DNA of 64,000 nucleotides from Candidatus Omnitrophota bacterium. Lineage in GTDB: Bacteria > Omnitrophota > Gorgyraeia > Gygaellales > JBFMHM01. Within the stretch, counting starts at the first letter, position 1; every line of letters begins with the position of its first letter. The notes below the pieces were generated by a model. It had not been told where the DNA came from. It ran no database searches and saw nothing but the letters and a program-made list of their open reading frames with translations. This document shows positions 8,905-17,276 of this stretch, in pieces. The DNA lies in assembly GCA_040753015.1 (NCBI GenBank), contig JBFMHM010000001.1:147157-211156 (forward strand). The letters are read 5' to 3'. A program made the translations under genes and the position numbers.

Positions 8905-9995
8905 ATTGTTTTATTTGATACCCCTGCGCTATCAAATGTTGCCATTTGTGTTAAAATTTTTAATGCCGCCTCAGCTAAATTTATACCTAAGGCTGCGCCT
9001 GTGCCCTCACCAAGCCGTAAATCTAAATTTAAAAGCGGTCTTAAGCCAATATGCTCTAATATAATTTTATGCCCTCTTTCAACAGAACAATGCGAAGCAA
9101 TCATATAATCTTTTACTTTCGGTTCTAATTTATAAGCAATTAATGCTGCCGAACCTGAGATAAAGCCGTCAATTAATACCGGCACTTTATGTAAGGCCGC
9201 TGCAAAGATAATCCCTACTAATCCACCAATTTCAAAACCACCAACCTTAGATAACACATCTATTGCATCATCTGGATTTGGTTTATTTATTTCAAGCGCT
9301 TTTTTAATAATTTCAATTTTATTTTTTAAACCTCTATCGTCAATACCTGTGCCGCGGCCTGTAATATCTTCGACGCTAGCACCAGTAAAACATGCGGTTA
9401 TAGCGCTTGCTGATGTAGTATTACCAATACCCATCTCACCTATGCCAATAATATCTATGCCGTTTTTTAACTCATCTTCAAATATCTCAATCCCACACTC
9501 AATAGATTTAATTGCTTCCTCTTTAGTCATTGCCGGGCCTATTGCCATATTCTTTGTGCCTAAATTTATTTTTTTTAATATAAATTTGGTCATTGGGATT
9601 TGGGATTTGCTTGGAATTTGGTCATTGGGATTTGGGATTTGTTCTGCCACTCCCATATCAACCACTACAACTCTCGCACCAATATGATTAGCTAGCACAT
9701 TAATTCCTGCCCCACCATTCAAAAAATTATAAACCATCTGCGCTGTAACTTCTTTTGGGTAAGCGCTAACCCCTTCTTCTGTAACGCCATGATCACCTGC
9801 TAAAGTAAAGATAACTTTATTTTTTAATTCCGGGTTTCCTTTCTCGGTTATTCCGACGATTTGTTTTGCCAAATCTTCTAAAACCCCTAAGCTGCCTAAC
9901 GGTTTAGTAAGATTATTTAGCTTGTTTTGAGCCTTATTGATAAAATTATAATCAATGCCTACAATGTTTTGAATTATTTCTTCGATTTTGCCCAT
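8901..9995 (-). CDS. cobT: Nicotinate-nucleotide--DMB phosphoribosyltransferase (with in-frame repeat insert)
   Basis: LTKPLGSLGVLE; GDHGV; GEMGIGNTTSA; LRLGEGTGA. Confidence 0.96.
   Translation of the reverse strand: MGKIEEIIQNIVGIDYNFINKAQNKLNNLTKPLGSLGVLEDLAKQIVGITEKGNPELKNKVIFTLAGDHGVTEEGVSAYPKEVTAQMVYNFLNGGAGINVLANHIGARVVVVDMGVAEQIPNPNDQIPSKSQIPMTKFILKKINLGTKNMAIGPAMTKEEAIKSIECGIEIFEDELKNGIDIIGIGEMGIGNTTSASAITACFTGASVEDITGRGTGIDDRGLKNKIEIIKKALEINKPNPDDAIDVLSKVGGFEIGGLVGIIFAAALHKVPVLIDGFISGSAALIAYKLEPKVKDYMIASHCSVERGHKIILEHIGLRPLLNLDLRLGEGTGAALGINLAEAALKILTQMATFDSAGVSNKTI
9583..9641. repeat. Heptamer-based direct repeat inside cobT
   Basis: aatttggtcattgggatttgggatttg at 9583-9609 and 9615-9641, made of ttggtca/ttgggat/ttggaat 7-mers; encodes QIPNPNDQIPSKSQIPMTK. 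Confidence 0.9.
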
Positions 9996-10007
9996 ATTAC
10001 CCCTTTA

Positions 10008-11348
10008 CTATTTTTTAACCGCGCCAAGATTATAATTATATTTAAAACTATTAGAAGATTCATCCCTAAGAAGATATTTAACTTTATCTTCGGCTATTAA
10101 TTTAAAGGCATAGCGAATAATTTCTTTATAAAAATCGCAAAATACTGCCTTCTGATGCATATTTCCAAATGAATGTAATTCTGCAGGGCAAGGTGCGCCA
10201 CAAATATTTCTAAAATTACAAATATCACATTCTTTAATTCTTTCTACAACTCTTGACCTAATCCGCTTAAATGGCTTAGACTCCATTGCCGTATTAACTG
10301 ATGTTTTAAAAATATTGCCTCCAGAAAAACCCTTAAGTCCGATAAATTCCCCACAGGGAATCATGTTGCCGCTTGCCGTAATCGTAAAAAAACACCTACC
10401 CCCGCCACAAGGAGAAATATCACACATTAATCTACGAGCAACTGGTGCAATTATTGCCAGTATCGTGTTAGAAAAATTACCAATAATAATTTTATGCTTT
10501 GAATTTATTGATAGATTAATCGCAGTATCAACTGCTTTTTTAAAATATTTGGCCATAATTTTATCTTGTGGTTTTAGAGCGCGCATAGATACTTTTGTAA
10601 ATCTAACTGGATTCATTAAAACACATGGCACTTTTTTTGTATGTAAAAATTTTACTATGCGCGGCAAATCCTCTACATTAAATTTTGTAACTGTTGTAAT
10701 AACGTTAAGCCCCTTATACCCATCAAACCATTCTATAGCCCTAACAGCATTAGCAAAATTGCCGCCTACTTGTACAGCTGGCCTTAATCGATTATTCCGA
10801 GAAAGAGAATATGAGTCTAAAGATATTCCCACGCCAACTTTATGCTTCTTTAAGAATTCAACATCCTTTTTCTCAAGCAAAATGGCATTAGTTTGAAGCC
10901 CAAATTTAAAAATCTTATTATATTTAATTATTGCATAAAATATTATTTCCTTAACCAGCAAAGGCTCGCTAGCGTGGAATATGATAACTTGTTTTCTTTT
11001 ATTATTTTGAAAATGTTTTGCAAGCTTATTAAGAATAAAATCGAGTTCTCCTCTAGTCATTGAGCGGCCGTTTTTTCTAATATGATGCGGAACATAACAA
11101 TAAGAACAATTTGCATTGCACTTATCAGTAGGATCTACATAGATAGCAGTCAAGCCTTGACTAAACCTAAAATCATTAATTTCCTTGCTTATCTTGTCTT
11201 TGATTTTCTCATAGAGAGTAAGCACATCTCTAGATATAAATAATCCCGCCTTATCTTTATTGTACGTAACTGCCCAAAAAATATTATCAGGATCTAGTAA
11301 AATGCTATTATGACTGTTGCTGTCAATACTTAAGCCCTGCTTATTCAT
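10008..11348 (-). CDS. cbpB: Radical SAM/SPASM peptide-modifying enzyme, CbpB-like
   Basis: CNANCSYC; SPASM cysteines CDISPCGGG..C..C..CDICNFRNICGAPCPA..C; upstream peptide gene; start set at MNKQG behind SD ggcaggag; family assignment from recall, not a search. Confidence 0.8.
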   Translation of the reverse strand: MNKQGLSIDSNSHNSILLDPDNIFWAVTYNKDKAGLFISRDVLTLYEKIKDKISKEINDFRFSQGLTAIYVDPTDKCNANCSYCYVPHHIRKNGRSMTRGELDFILNKLAKHFQNNKRKQVIIFHASEPLLVKEIIFYAIIKYNKIFKFGLQTNAILLEKKDVEFLKKHKVGVGISLDSYSLSRNNRLRPAVQVGGNFANAVRAIEWFDGYKGLNVITTVTKFNVEDLPRIVKFLHTKKVPCVLMNPVRFTKVSMRALKPQDKIMAKYFKKAVDTAINLSINSKHKIIIGNFSNTILAIIAPVARRLMCDISPCGGGRCFFTITASGNMIPCGEFIGLKGFSGGNIFKTSVNTAMESKPFKRIRSRVVERIKECDICNFRNICGAPCPAELHSFGNMHQKAVFCDFYKEIIRYAFKLIAEDKVKYLLRDESSNSFKYNYNLGAVKK

Positions 11349-11370
11349 TATATCTCCTGCCATATGCGGG

Positions 11371-11401
11371 CACGCCGGCGCCATACCTTTAGCGCCGGGT
11401 G
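11371..11401 (-). other. GC-rich intergenic hairpin between the peptide and rSAM genes
   Basis: Minus strand cac-ccggcgc-taaaggtatg-gcgccgg-cgtg; no U-tract. Confidence 0.6.
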
Positions 11402-11415
11402 TAATTTATTTAAAA

Positions 11416-11580
11416 TTATAATACTGTTTTTTCTTTCGGAACATCTCCATACATTACAAAATGAGATAACCCATTAGCTGTTTTAGCGCACTTTAAACGA
11501 TAAGACATGCTCTCTGCCTTACCTTTGCTTTTCATTGTGCTACTGTTTCTACTACAAGCTTTACTCTTTGACTTATTCAT
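11416..11580 (-). CDS. cbpA: 54-aa peptide, putative rSAM substrate, CbpA-like (below ORF-track cutoff)
   Basis: SD ggaggtg, then MNKSKSKACSRNSSTMKSKGKAESMSYRLKCAKTANGLSHFVMYGDVPKEKTVL*; YRxxC..GLSH(F/Y) core resembles CbpA precursors as I recall them. Confidence 0.8.
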   Translation of the reverse strand: MNKSKSKACSRNSSTMKSKGKAESMSYRLKCAKTANGLSHFVMYGDVPKEKTVL

Positions 11581-11582
11581 AA

Positions 11583-12113
11583 CTAATCACCTCCTAGCAT
11601 TTTTAAAGGTATTCCTGAAACCATAAAATATGCTTCACTTGCCTCTTTTGCAACAATTTGATTAACGCGTCCGGCAATATCGCGAAAATCTCGTGCTAGT
11701 TTATTTTGCGGAACAATTCCTAAACCAACCTCATTCGAAACAAACACACAATCGCTTCTATTTTTTCCAACAATTTTCAAAATACTTCTTACCTGATTTT
11801 CAATATCTTTTTCCCTAGTATTGGCTAAAAATAAATTGCATACAAACAACGTCAAGCAATCAACAATTATTAAATCAAGCTTGGGTGTTATTCTTTTAAA
11901 TAACGCGGATACATCTTTCGTTTCTTCAAAAGTTTGCCAATGGCTTGGGCGTGATTTTTTATGAATAGCAATACGCTTTTCCATTTCTTTATCCAAACCC
12001 TCAGCCGTTGCCACAAAAGCAACATTTTTATATTTTTTAGCAAGGCTTAAGGCATAAGTACTTTTTCCGCTTCTTGCTCCACCTAAAATAAAAGTGATTT
12101 TCCCCACAAGCAC
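11583..12113 (-). CDS. cobU: Adenosylcobinamide kinase/guanylyltransferase
   Basis: LGGARSGKS; VDCLT; VSNEVGLGIVP; FRDIAGRVNQ. Confidence 0.96.
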   Translation of the reverse strand: MLVGKITFILGGARSGKSTYALSLAKKYKNVAFVATAEGLDKEMEKRIAIHKKSRPSHWQTFEETKDVSALFKRITPKLDLIIVDCLTLFVCNLFLANTREKDIENQVRSILKIVGKNRSDCVFVSNEVGLGIVPQNKLARDFRDIAGRVNQIVAKEASEAYFMVSGIPLKMLGGD

Positions 12114-12126
12114 CTCAAAATAAAAT

Positions 12127-12762
12127 TTAGCGATATCCCGCCAAAGGCGGGATCAAATGTGAAACATCATTAAATAAATTTATTTTTATTTTTTTATTTT
12201 TATGTTCCACAATGCTTAAGCTTGCTGATTTTGGAATTGTATTCCAAAAATCGCGCGTTTTTAAAAGGTGGTTAAGAAATACACTAATTACACCACCATG
12301 CGTAACAATAGCAACAGTTTTTCCGCCCGAGGCGGATCCGCCTTTGGCGGAATTCATTATTTTTTTAATCGCCCTTATTACTCTTTTTTTAAGATCGCTT
12401 AAACTTTCTCCTTTGGGCACTGTTATCTTATAAGGGTTTTTAAGCCATCTCTTATAGATTACAGGATACTTCTGCAAAATCTCTTTATAGGTTAACCCTT
12501 CAAACACACCGAAATGTATTTCTCGTAAATCACTAATCTTTTCAATTTCCCTATTCTTGAATAATATTTTTGCAGTTTGGATAGCGCGCTTTCTGTCGCT
12601 TGCATAAATTTTATGAATTTTTTCTTTTTCTAATTTTTTTACTAATCCGCGAGCTTGCTGTTTACCAGTTTTATTCAACCCAACATCAGCAAAACCGCTA
12701 TAGCGCTTTTTAAGGTTATAATTTGTCTGCCCATGCCTAATTAACAATAATTTCACTGCCAT
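12127..12762 (-). CDS. cobC: Histidine phosphatase, alpha-ribazole phosphatase-like
   Basis: LIRHGQT; LREIHFGVFEG; VTHGGVI; located in cob operon. Confidence 0.85.
   Translation of the reverse strand: MAVKLLLIRHGQTNYNLKKRYSGFADVGLNKTGKQQARGLVKKLEKEKIHKIYASDRKRAIQTAKILFKNREIEKISDLREIHFGVFEGLTYKEILQKYPVIYKRWLKNPYKITVPKGESLSDLKKRVIRAIKKIMNSAKGGSASGGKTVAIVTHGGVISVFLNHLLKTRDFWNTIPKSASLSIVEHKNKKIKINLFNDVSHLIPPLAGYR
12135..12153. repeat. REP-like palindrome in the cobC 3' end
   Basis: atcccgcc-aaa-ggcgggat, perfect 8-bp stem; encodes IPPLAG. Confidence 0.75.
12322..12351. repeat. Tandem double REP-like palindrome inside cobC
   Basis: tccgcc-cga-ggcgga-tccgcc-ttt-ggcgga, 30 nt, encodes SAKGGSASGG. 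Confidence 0.85.
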
Positions 12763-13550
12763 TATCTTTCTTTTCCAGATAAAAATACATATGGTTTTGC
12801 GCTAAAAGGATGCTTATTAACCACAACAACAGTCTTATATACCGCTTCAATATTTTGATAGGTTAACACTTCTTCGGCTGTGCCCTCTTTAAAAATTTTC
12901 CCTTCATTTAACAAAATTATGCGGTTGCAATAAAGACTGGCTAAATTCAAATCATGCAAAATTAAAACAATCGTAAGGTTGTTTTCTTTGTTTAACTTCT
13001 TTAGAAGATTTAGTATCTGTATTTGATGGCCAATATCTAAATGCGAAGTTGGTTCGTCTAAAAATAATAATTGCGGGCATTGTGCCAATGCCTTAGAAAT
13101 AAAAACTCTTTGCCTTTCCCCCGAGCTAAGTTCATCAATCATCTTGTGGCGCAACATCAACGAACCTGTTAACGAAAGCGAGTCTTGAGCTACCTCAATA
13201 TCATCTTTACTTTCAAATTCAAACCTCTTCATATGCGGGATACGGCCTAAAAGAACAAACTCTAAAACAGTAAAAGGAAAATTTAGTTCTGTGTTTTGCA
13301 GACAATATGCAGTTTTTTGGCAAAATTCTTTTAGTGCCATCTTAAAAATATTTTTTGAATCAAAATTTATCGTGCCTGTTTTGGGAATTAATACACGGCT
13401 AAGCAACCTAAACAACGTTGTTTTACCAGAGCCGTTTGGGCCAATAATGCCAAGAAAATCACCACTTCTTATCTTAAATGATATATCCTTAATAATTAAA
13501 CCTTTATCATAACCACCGCTTAAATTATTTACTTCTAATAAAACACTCAT
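12762..13550 (-). CDS. btuD: Cobalamin/Fe-siderophore ABC ATPase
   Basis: GPNGSGKT; LSSGERQRV; LLFLDEPT; LHDLNLA. Confidence 0.88.
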   Translation of the reverse strand: MSVLLEVNNLSGGYDKGLIIKDISFKIRSGDFLGIIGPNGSGKTTLFRLLSRVLIPKTGTINFDSKNIFKMALKEFCQKTAYCLQNTELNFPFTVLEFVLLGRIPHMKRFEFESKDDIEVAQDSLSLTGSLMLRHKMIDELSSGERQRVFISKALAQCPQLLFLDEPTSHLDIGHQIQILNLLKKLNKENNLTIVLILHDLNLASLYCNRIILLNEGKIFKEGTAEEVLTYQNIEAVYKTVVVVNKHPFSAKPYVFLSGKER

Positions 13551-14515
13551 TATTTAACCAATTGCCTTCTTTTTAACAATAATATAAAAACCGGAGCGCC
13601 AAAAATTGCTGTAATCACTCCAATAGGAATTTCTAATGGTTGAAACGCGGTGCGTGAAACAACATCACAAATAACCATAAATATTGCTGCAGAAACCGCA
13701 CTTAAAGGAATCAACATTCTGTGATTTATTCCAATGGCTAAACGCACCATATGGGGAATCATTAACCCAACAAAACCAATTATCCCACAAATACAAACAA
13801 GGCTTGCGGTAATCAGAGAACAAACAACAATCAAAATCTTTTTTACTCTTTCTATATTTATTCCTAAATGAATTGCATCTTCCTCACCTAGAGAAATTGC
13901 ATTTAAATCTTGCCAAAATGCATAAACCACTCCACTTCCTATAAGCACAATAAAAGAAACGAGAATTACTAACTTAAAGTCATAAACACTAAAACTGCCC
14001 CATAGCCACCAAGTTAATTCGTGCAATGACTGATTTCCTGATATTGAAACCAAAAAAACAATAACTGCAGAAATTGCAACAGAAACAATTACCCCGGAAA
14101 GTATTAATGATTGTTCGTTAATTTTATTACCTTGCGTTGCAATTGCGCACACAAAAATAACCGTTAATATTGCCCCTATAAATGCAAATAAAGGCATATA
14201 TAGGCCAGATAATCCTAGCATTATTGCAATTATTGCCCCTAGCCCTGCGCCGCTTGATGTACCTAAAAGATATGGCTCGGCTAAAGGATTACGTAGAATC
14301 ACCTGCAAAACGATGCCAGAAACCGAAAGGCCAATCCCGCTAATTATTGCAACTATAACGCGCCAAATCCTCAAATTTAGAATTGCAGAATTTTGCGCAA
14401 AAAACAATTCTTTTACTCCAAGATTTACTGAACCTTTAAAGATTGCAATAAGAATACTGACTATCAGAATAGAAATTAATACCAAAATTAAATTTCTAAA
14501 ATATTTATTCGCCAT
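13550..14515 (-). CDS. btuC: Cobalamin ABC permease (FecCD family)
   Basis: LRNPLAEPYLLGTSSGA; GIIGFVGLMIPH; EIPIGVITAIFGAP. Confidence 0.9.
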   Translation of the reverse strand: MANKYFRNLILVLISILIVSILIAIFKGSVNLGVKELFFAQNSAILNLRIWRVIVAIISGIGLSVSGIVLQVILRNPLAEPYLLGTSSGAGLGAIIAIMLGLSGLYMPLFAFIGAILTVIFVCAIATQGNKINEQSLILSGVIVSVAISAVIVFLVSISGNQSLHELTWWLWGSFSVYDFKLVILVSFIVLIGSGVVYAFWQDLNAISLGEEDAIHLGINIERVKKILIVVCSLITASLVCICGIIGFVGLMIPHMVRLAIGINHRMLIPLSAVSAAIFMVICDVVSRTAFQPLEIPIGVITAIFGAPVFILLLKRRQLVK

Positions 14516-15329
14516 ATAGCTTATTGTGTAACTTTTTTAAACCCTGCACTATGCGCGGCCCTGGGCGCAAAAGTACGTCGGGATTAATATCGTTATAAAT
14601 TTGACTATTTTTTACCGCATTGATCTTACCCCAGCCAATTCTTTTAGCTACAACCTCTTTATCACTTTTACTTGCCATATAAGCAAGAATAATGCAATCG
14701 GGATTTTGCGCAATCACCTGCTCGGAGCTATAAATGCTATATGGCCGCTTTGTATTTTTAGCAATATTTATTCCACCCGATAAGGTAATTAATTCATCTA
14801 CAAAAGAAGCTTCTCCGGCGGTAGTTAAAGGATCATGCCAAATTTCAATAAATACTTTTTTTCTCTTATCCAAAGGCAATAATCTAACTTTTTTGGCTAC
14901 ATCGTTTATATTATTTTCTATATCATCAATCAATTGCCTTGCAACTTGCCCTGTATTGGTAATTTCACCAATATCAGAAATTGTCCTAAGCAGCTCGCTA
15001 AAAGACTTTGGGTCTGCTACATAAACTTTAATATTAAGCCGTTTTAGCTCTTCTACAACTATAGACTGCTCTAACCCGGTGCAAAAAACATAATCTGGCT
15101 TTAAAAATATTATTTTTTCAATATTAGGCTGGCTAAAACTTCCAACCTTCTCTTTACCGCTAACTTCTTTTGGGTAATTGCAGAAACTGCTAACTCCAAC
15201 AATTTCTTTTTCAAGCCCTAAACTAAATAAAATTTCTGTTGTTGAAGGAGCCAAAGAAATATAGCGGCTACAAAATGCATCATTTGTAAAAATAGATGTA
15301 AATAAAATTATAAGTAATAGTTTCTTCAT
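14505..15329 (-). CDS. btuF: Cobalamin-binding periplasmic protein
   Basis: ISLAPSTTEILFSLG; PNIEKI; LLRPGPR; start set at MKKLL. Confidence 0.9.
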   Translation of the reverse strand: MKKLLLIILFTSIFTNDAFCSRYISLAPSTTEILFSLGLEKEIVGVSSFCNYPKEVSGKEKVGSFSQPNIEKIIFLKPDYVFCTGLEQSIVVEELKRLNIKVYVADPKSFSELLRTISDIGEITNTGQVARQLIDDIENNINDVAKKVRLLPLDKRKKVFIEIWHDPLTTAGEASFVDELITLSGGINIAKNTKRPYSIYSSEQVIAQNPDCIILAYMASKSDKEVVAKRIGWGKINAVKNSQIYNDINPDVLLRPGPRIVQGLKKLHNKLYGE

Positions 15330-15336
15330 ATTTATA

Positions 15337-15359
15337 TCCGCCATAAAATATTTGGCGGG
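15337..15359. repeat. REP-like hairpin upstream of btuF
   Basis: tccgcca-taaaatatt-tggcggg; same ccgcc/ggcgg core as the cobC palindromes. Confidence 0.5.
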
Positions 15360-15383
15360 ATTATTTATCCGCTGCGAATAAAT

Positions 15384-15411
15384 AAAAAACCCCGACGAAT
15401 TGGTCGGGGTT
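15384..15411 (-). terminator. Intrinsic terminator, riboswitch expression platform
   Basis: Minus strand aaccccgac-caattc-gtcggggtt-tttt. Confidence 0.88.
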
Positions 15412-15429
15412 GCGCCCTTTTTAGCTTCT

Positions 15430-15608
15430 TGGCCCTTTCCACGAGGTAAAACTTATAGATTAAAAGGTATTCTGACTTATGGCCTAAACCTAATTACTTT
15501 TGCCTTCCCGACTCAAAACTTCAGAGCAGTGGCTTTATTAAGCTTTCGTAGCCAATTACAGCAGCGGGACTGTGGCTGAATTTCACAGCCTTCCCCTTAA
15601 ACCTATAT
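15430..15608 (-). ncRNA. Cobalamin riboswitch, long (class I-like) form
   Basis: aggtttaaggggaa-ggctgtgaaattcagcc-acagtcccgctgctgtaa...aagccactg...gggaaggc...ataagtcagaatacct, followed by a terminator. Confidence 0.93.
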
Positions 15609-15622
15609 TACAAATTTTACTT

Positions 15623-15651
15623 ATTATAATACAGCTTCTATTAAAACTCAA
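15623..15651 (-). promoter_or_regulatory. Putative sigma70 promoter of the B12 operon
   Basis: TTGAGT-17 nt-TATAAT just upstream of the riboswitch. Confidence 0.6.
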
Positions 15652-16144
15652 TACCTTTTCTTGCCTTAATACCTTTTTTATAGTAGTGTTTTATTTCTTT
15701 AATCTCGCTAACTAAATCTGCCAATCTAATGAGCTCCTTAGGTGCATTCCTACCGGTAAGAATAATTTCCTTATTCTTGGAAGCGCTCTTAATGCTATTT
15801 AAAAAATCTGCAAGATTTATCATCTTTAAATCTAGGACAATATTTGCTTCATCAAGAATAATTACATCATAAAATTTTTCTGATATAATTTTTTTAATTT
15901 TAGCAAAACCTTTACTGACTAACTTCATCTCTTTTTCTGAGGGTGTTTGCCTTATAAAACAACCAAGCCCAAATTGCTCAATTTCTATATTCTTTAGTGT
16001 TTTAATGGTTTTTATCTCGCAAAAAGAGCCATTCTTAATAAACTGGGCAACATAAACTCTTAGACCTGCGCCCAGCGCTCTTAAAGCAAGTCCAAAAGCT
16101 GCGGTAGTTTTTCCCTTACCTTCTCCTGTATAGACCTGAATCAT
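15641..16144 (-). CDS. cobO: Cob(I)yrinic acid a,c-diamide adenosyltransferase (BtuR/CobO)
   Basis: VYTGEGKGKTTAAFG; ILDEA; LTGRNAP; ARKGIEF. Confidence 0.93.
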   Translation of the reverse strand: MIQVYTGEGKGKTTAAFGLALRALGAGLRVYVAQFIKNGSFCEIKTIKTLKNIEIEQFGLGCFIRQTPSEKEMKLVSKGFAKIKKIISEKFYDVIILDEANIVLDLKMINLADFLNSIKSASKNKEIILTGRNAPKELIRLADLVSEIKEIKHYYKKGIKARKGIEF

Positions 16145-16605
16145 TTCGCTAGATGGTTATATGTTAAAATGCCAAAATAAGTTAACAAACTAACTATAGT
16201 TGCTGCAATAATAACACCAAGGACAATTGCCCAAAAGGCATAGCGAAACCTAATTTTAAATAAGCTTGCAATTATTGCCCCAGTCCAAGCACCTGTCATC
16301 GGAAGAGGCACAGCAACAAATAACGCAAGGCCAATTGCTTCATACTTTTCAATTAATTCTGCTTTATCTTTTGCGCGCTTAAACAACCAATCAAAGAACT
16401 TTTTTAAAATAGGAATTTTTCGTAATTTTTCTGAAACAGGCCTCAAGAATAAAAGCAGCGGAATAATCGGGATCATATTACCTAAAATAGACAATAATGT
16501 TGTTTTAATTAATGGCACCCCTTTTATTACACCCAAGGGGATTGCTCCTCTTAGCTCTGAAACAGGCAAACTTGCAGTTAAAATTACTAATAGTTCATTA
16601 CTCAT
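16141..16605 (-). CDS. COG2426-type small multi-drug export-like membrane protein
   Basis: LPVSELRGAIP; LFVAVPLPMTGAWTG. Confidence 0.88.
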   Translation of the reverse strand: MSNELLVILTASLPVSELRGAIPLGVIKGVPLIKTTLLSILGNMIPIIPLLLFLRPVSEKLRKIPILKKFFDWLFKRAKDKAELIEKYEAIGLALFVAVPLPMTGAWTGAIIASLFKIRFRYAFWAIVLGVIIAATIVSLLTYFGILTYNHLAK

Positions 16606-17276
16606 TATTTCCTTTCAATAAGCATTTTATGAAGCATAAAACGAGCGAATCGAAATGCATCAATTATGGGATTAATTTTGCTAAGCGAACCAGTATAAAT
16701 TGTATCAATTGGGCAGCTGCCTATTTTAAAACCTTTGCGATGCGTTTGAATAATAATCTCTGAATCAATCTGAAAATTCTTACTTTTTAAATAGATAACC
16801 TCTAATACTCTCTTCTTAATCAATCTAAAGCCGCACTGAGAATCTGGAATATGCTGACGACAGACAAATGACACAAAAAAAGACATAATATTATTTGTAA
16901 GCCAGCGCTCAAGCGGCATGCCCTTTGGCTTATGCATTCTGTTTCCAATAATCAAATCGGCATGGGAATTATTTAATTCTCTGATAAAATTTTTAATATT
17001 TGATGGAGCATGCTGGCCATCACCATCCATAATTATAATAATATCATAACTATGTTTTAGAACATAGGCAAATCCCCGTCTTAAACTCATGCCCTTACCT
17101 TGATTTATCTCTGTTTTTAATACCACAGCTCCTGCTTCCTCGGCAAGACTTACTGTGCTATCAATAGAGCCATCATCTATCACTACAGTATCAAACCCAA
17201 GCTCTTTTATTTCTTTAACTAATGGCCCAATAATCTTTGCTTCGTTATATGTTGGTATTAGAACACAAATTCCCAT
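16605..17276 (-). CDS. Glycosyltransferase family 2 (DPM1-like)
   Basis: LIPTYNE; IDDGSID; NQGKG; MDGDGQH; DSQCGFR. Confidence 0.92.
   Translation of the reverse strand: MGICVLIPTYNEAKIIGPLVKEIKELGFDTVVIDDGSIDSTVSLAEEAGAVVLKTEINQGKGMSLRRGFAYVLKHSYDIIIIMDGDGQHAPSNIKNFIRELNNSHADLIIGNRMHKPKGMPLERWLTNNIMSFFVSFVCRQHIPDSQCGFRLIKKRVLEVIYLKSKNFQIDSEIIIQTHRKGFKIGSCPIDTIYTGSLSKINPIIDAFRFARFMLHKMLIERK

Noticed and set aside
9583-9641. 27-nt direct repeat as a possible CRISPR array
   Set aside because: Only two copies, a 5-nt spacer, inside a CDS, and no cas genes in the window
11349-11384. ORF-track N-terminus MAPACPHMAGDI of the rSAM enzyme
   Set aside because: It arises from the intergenic hairpin; the SD ggcaggag points to ATG 11348
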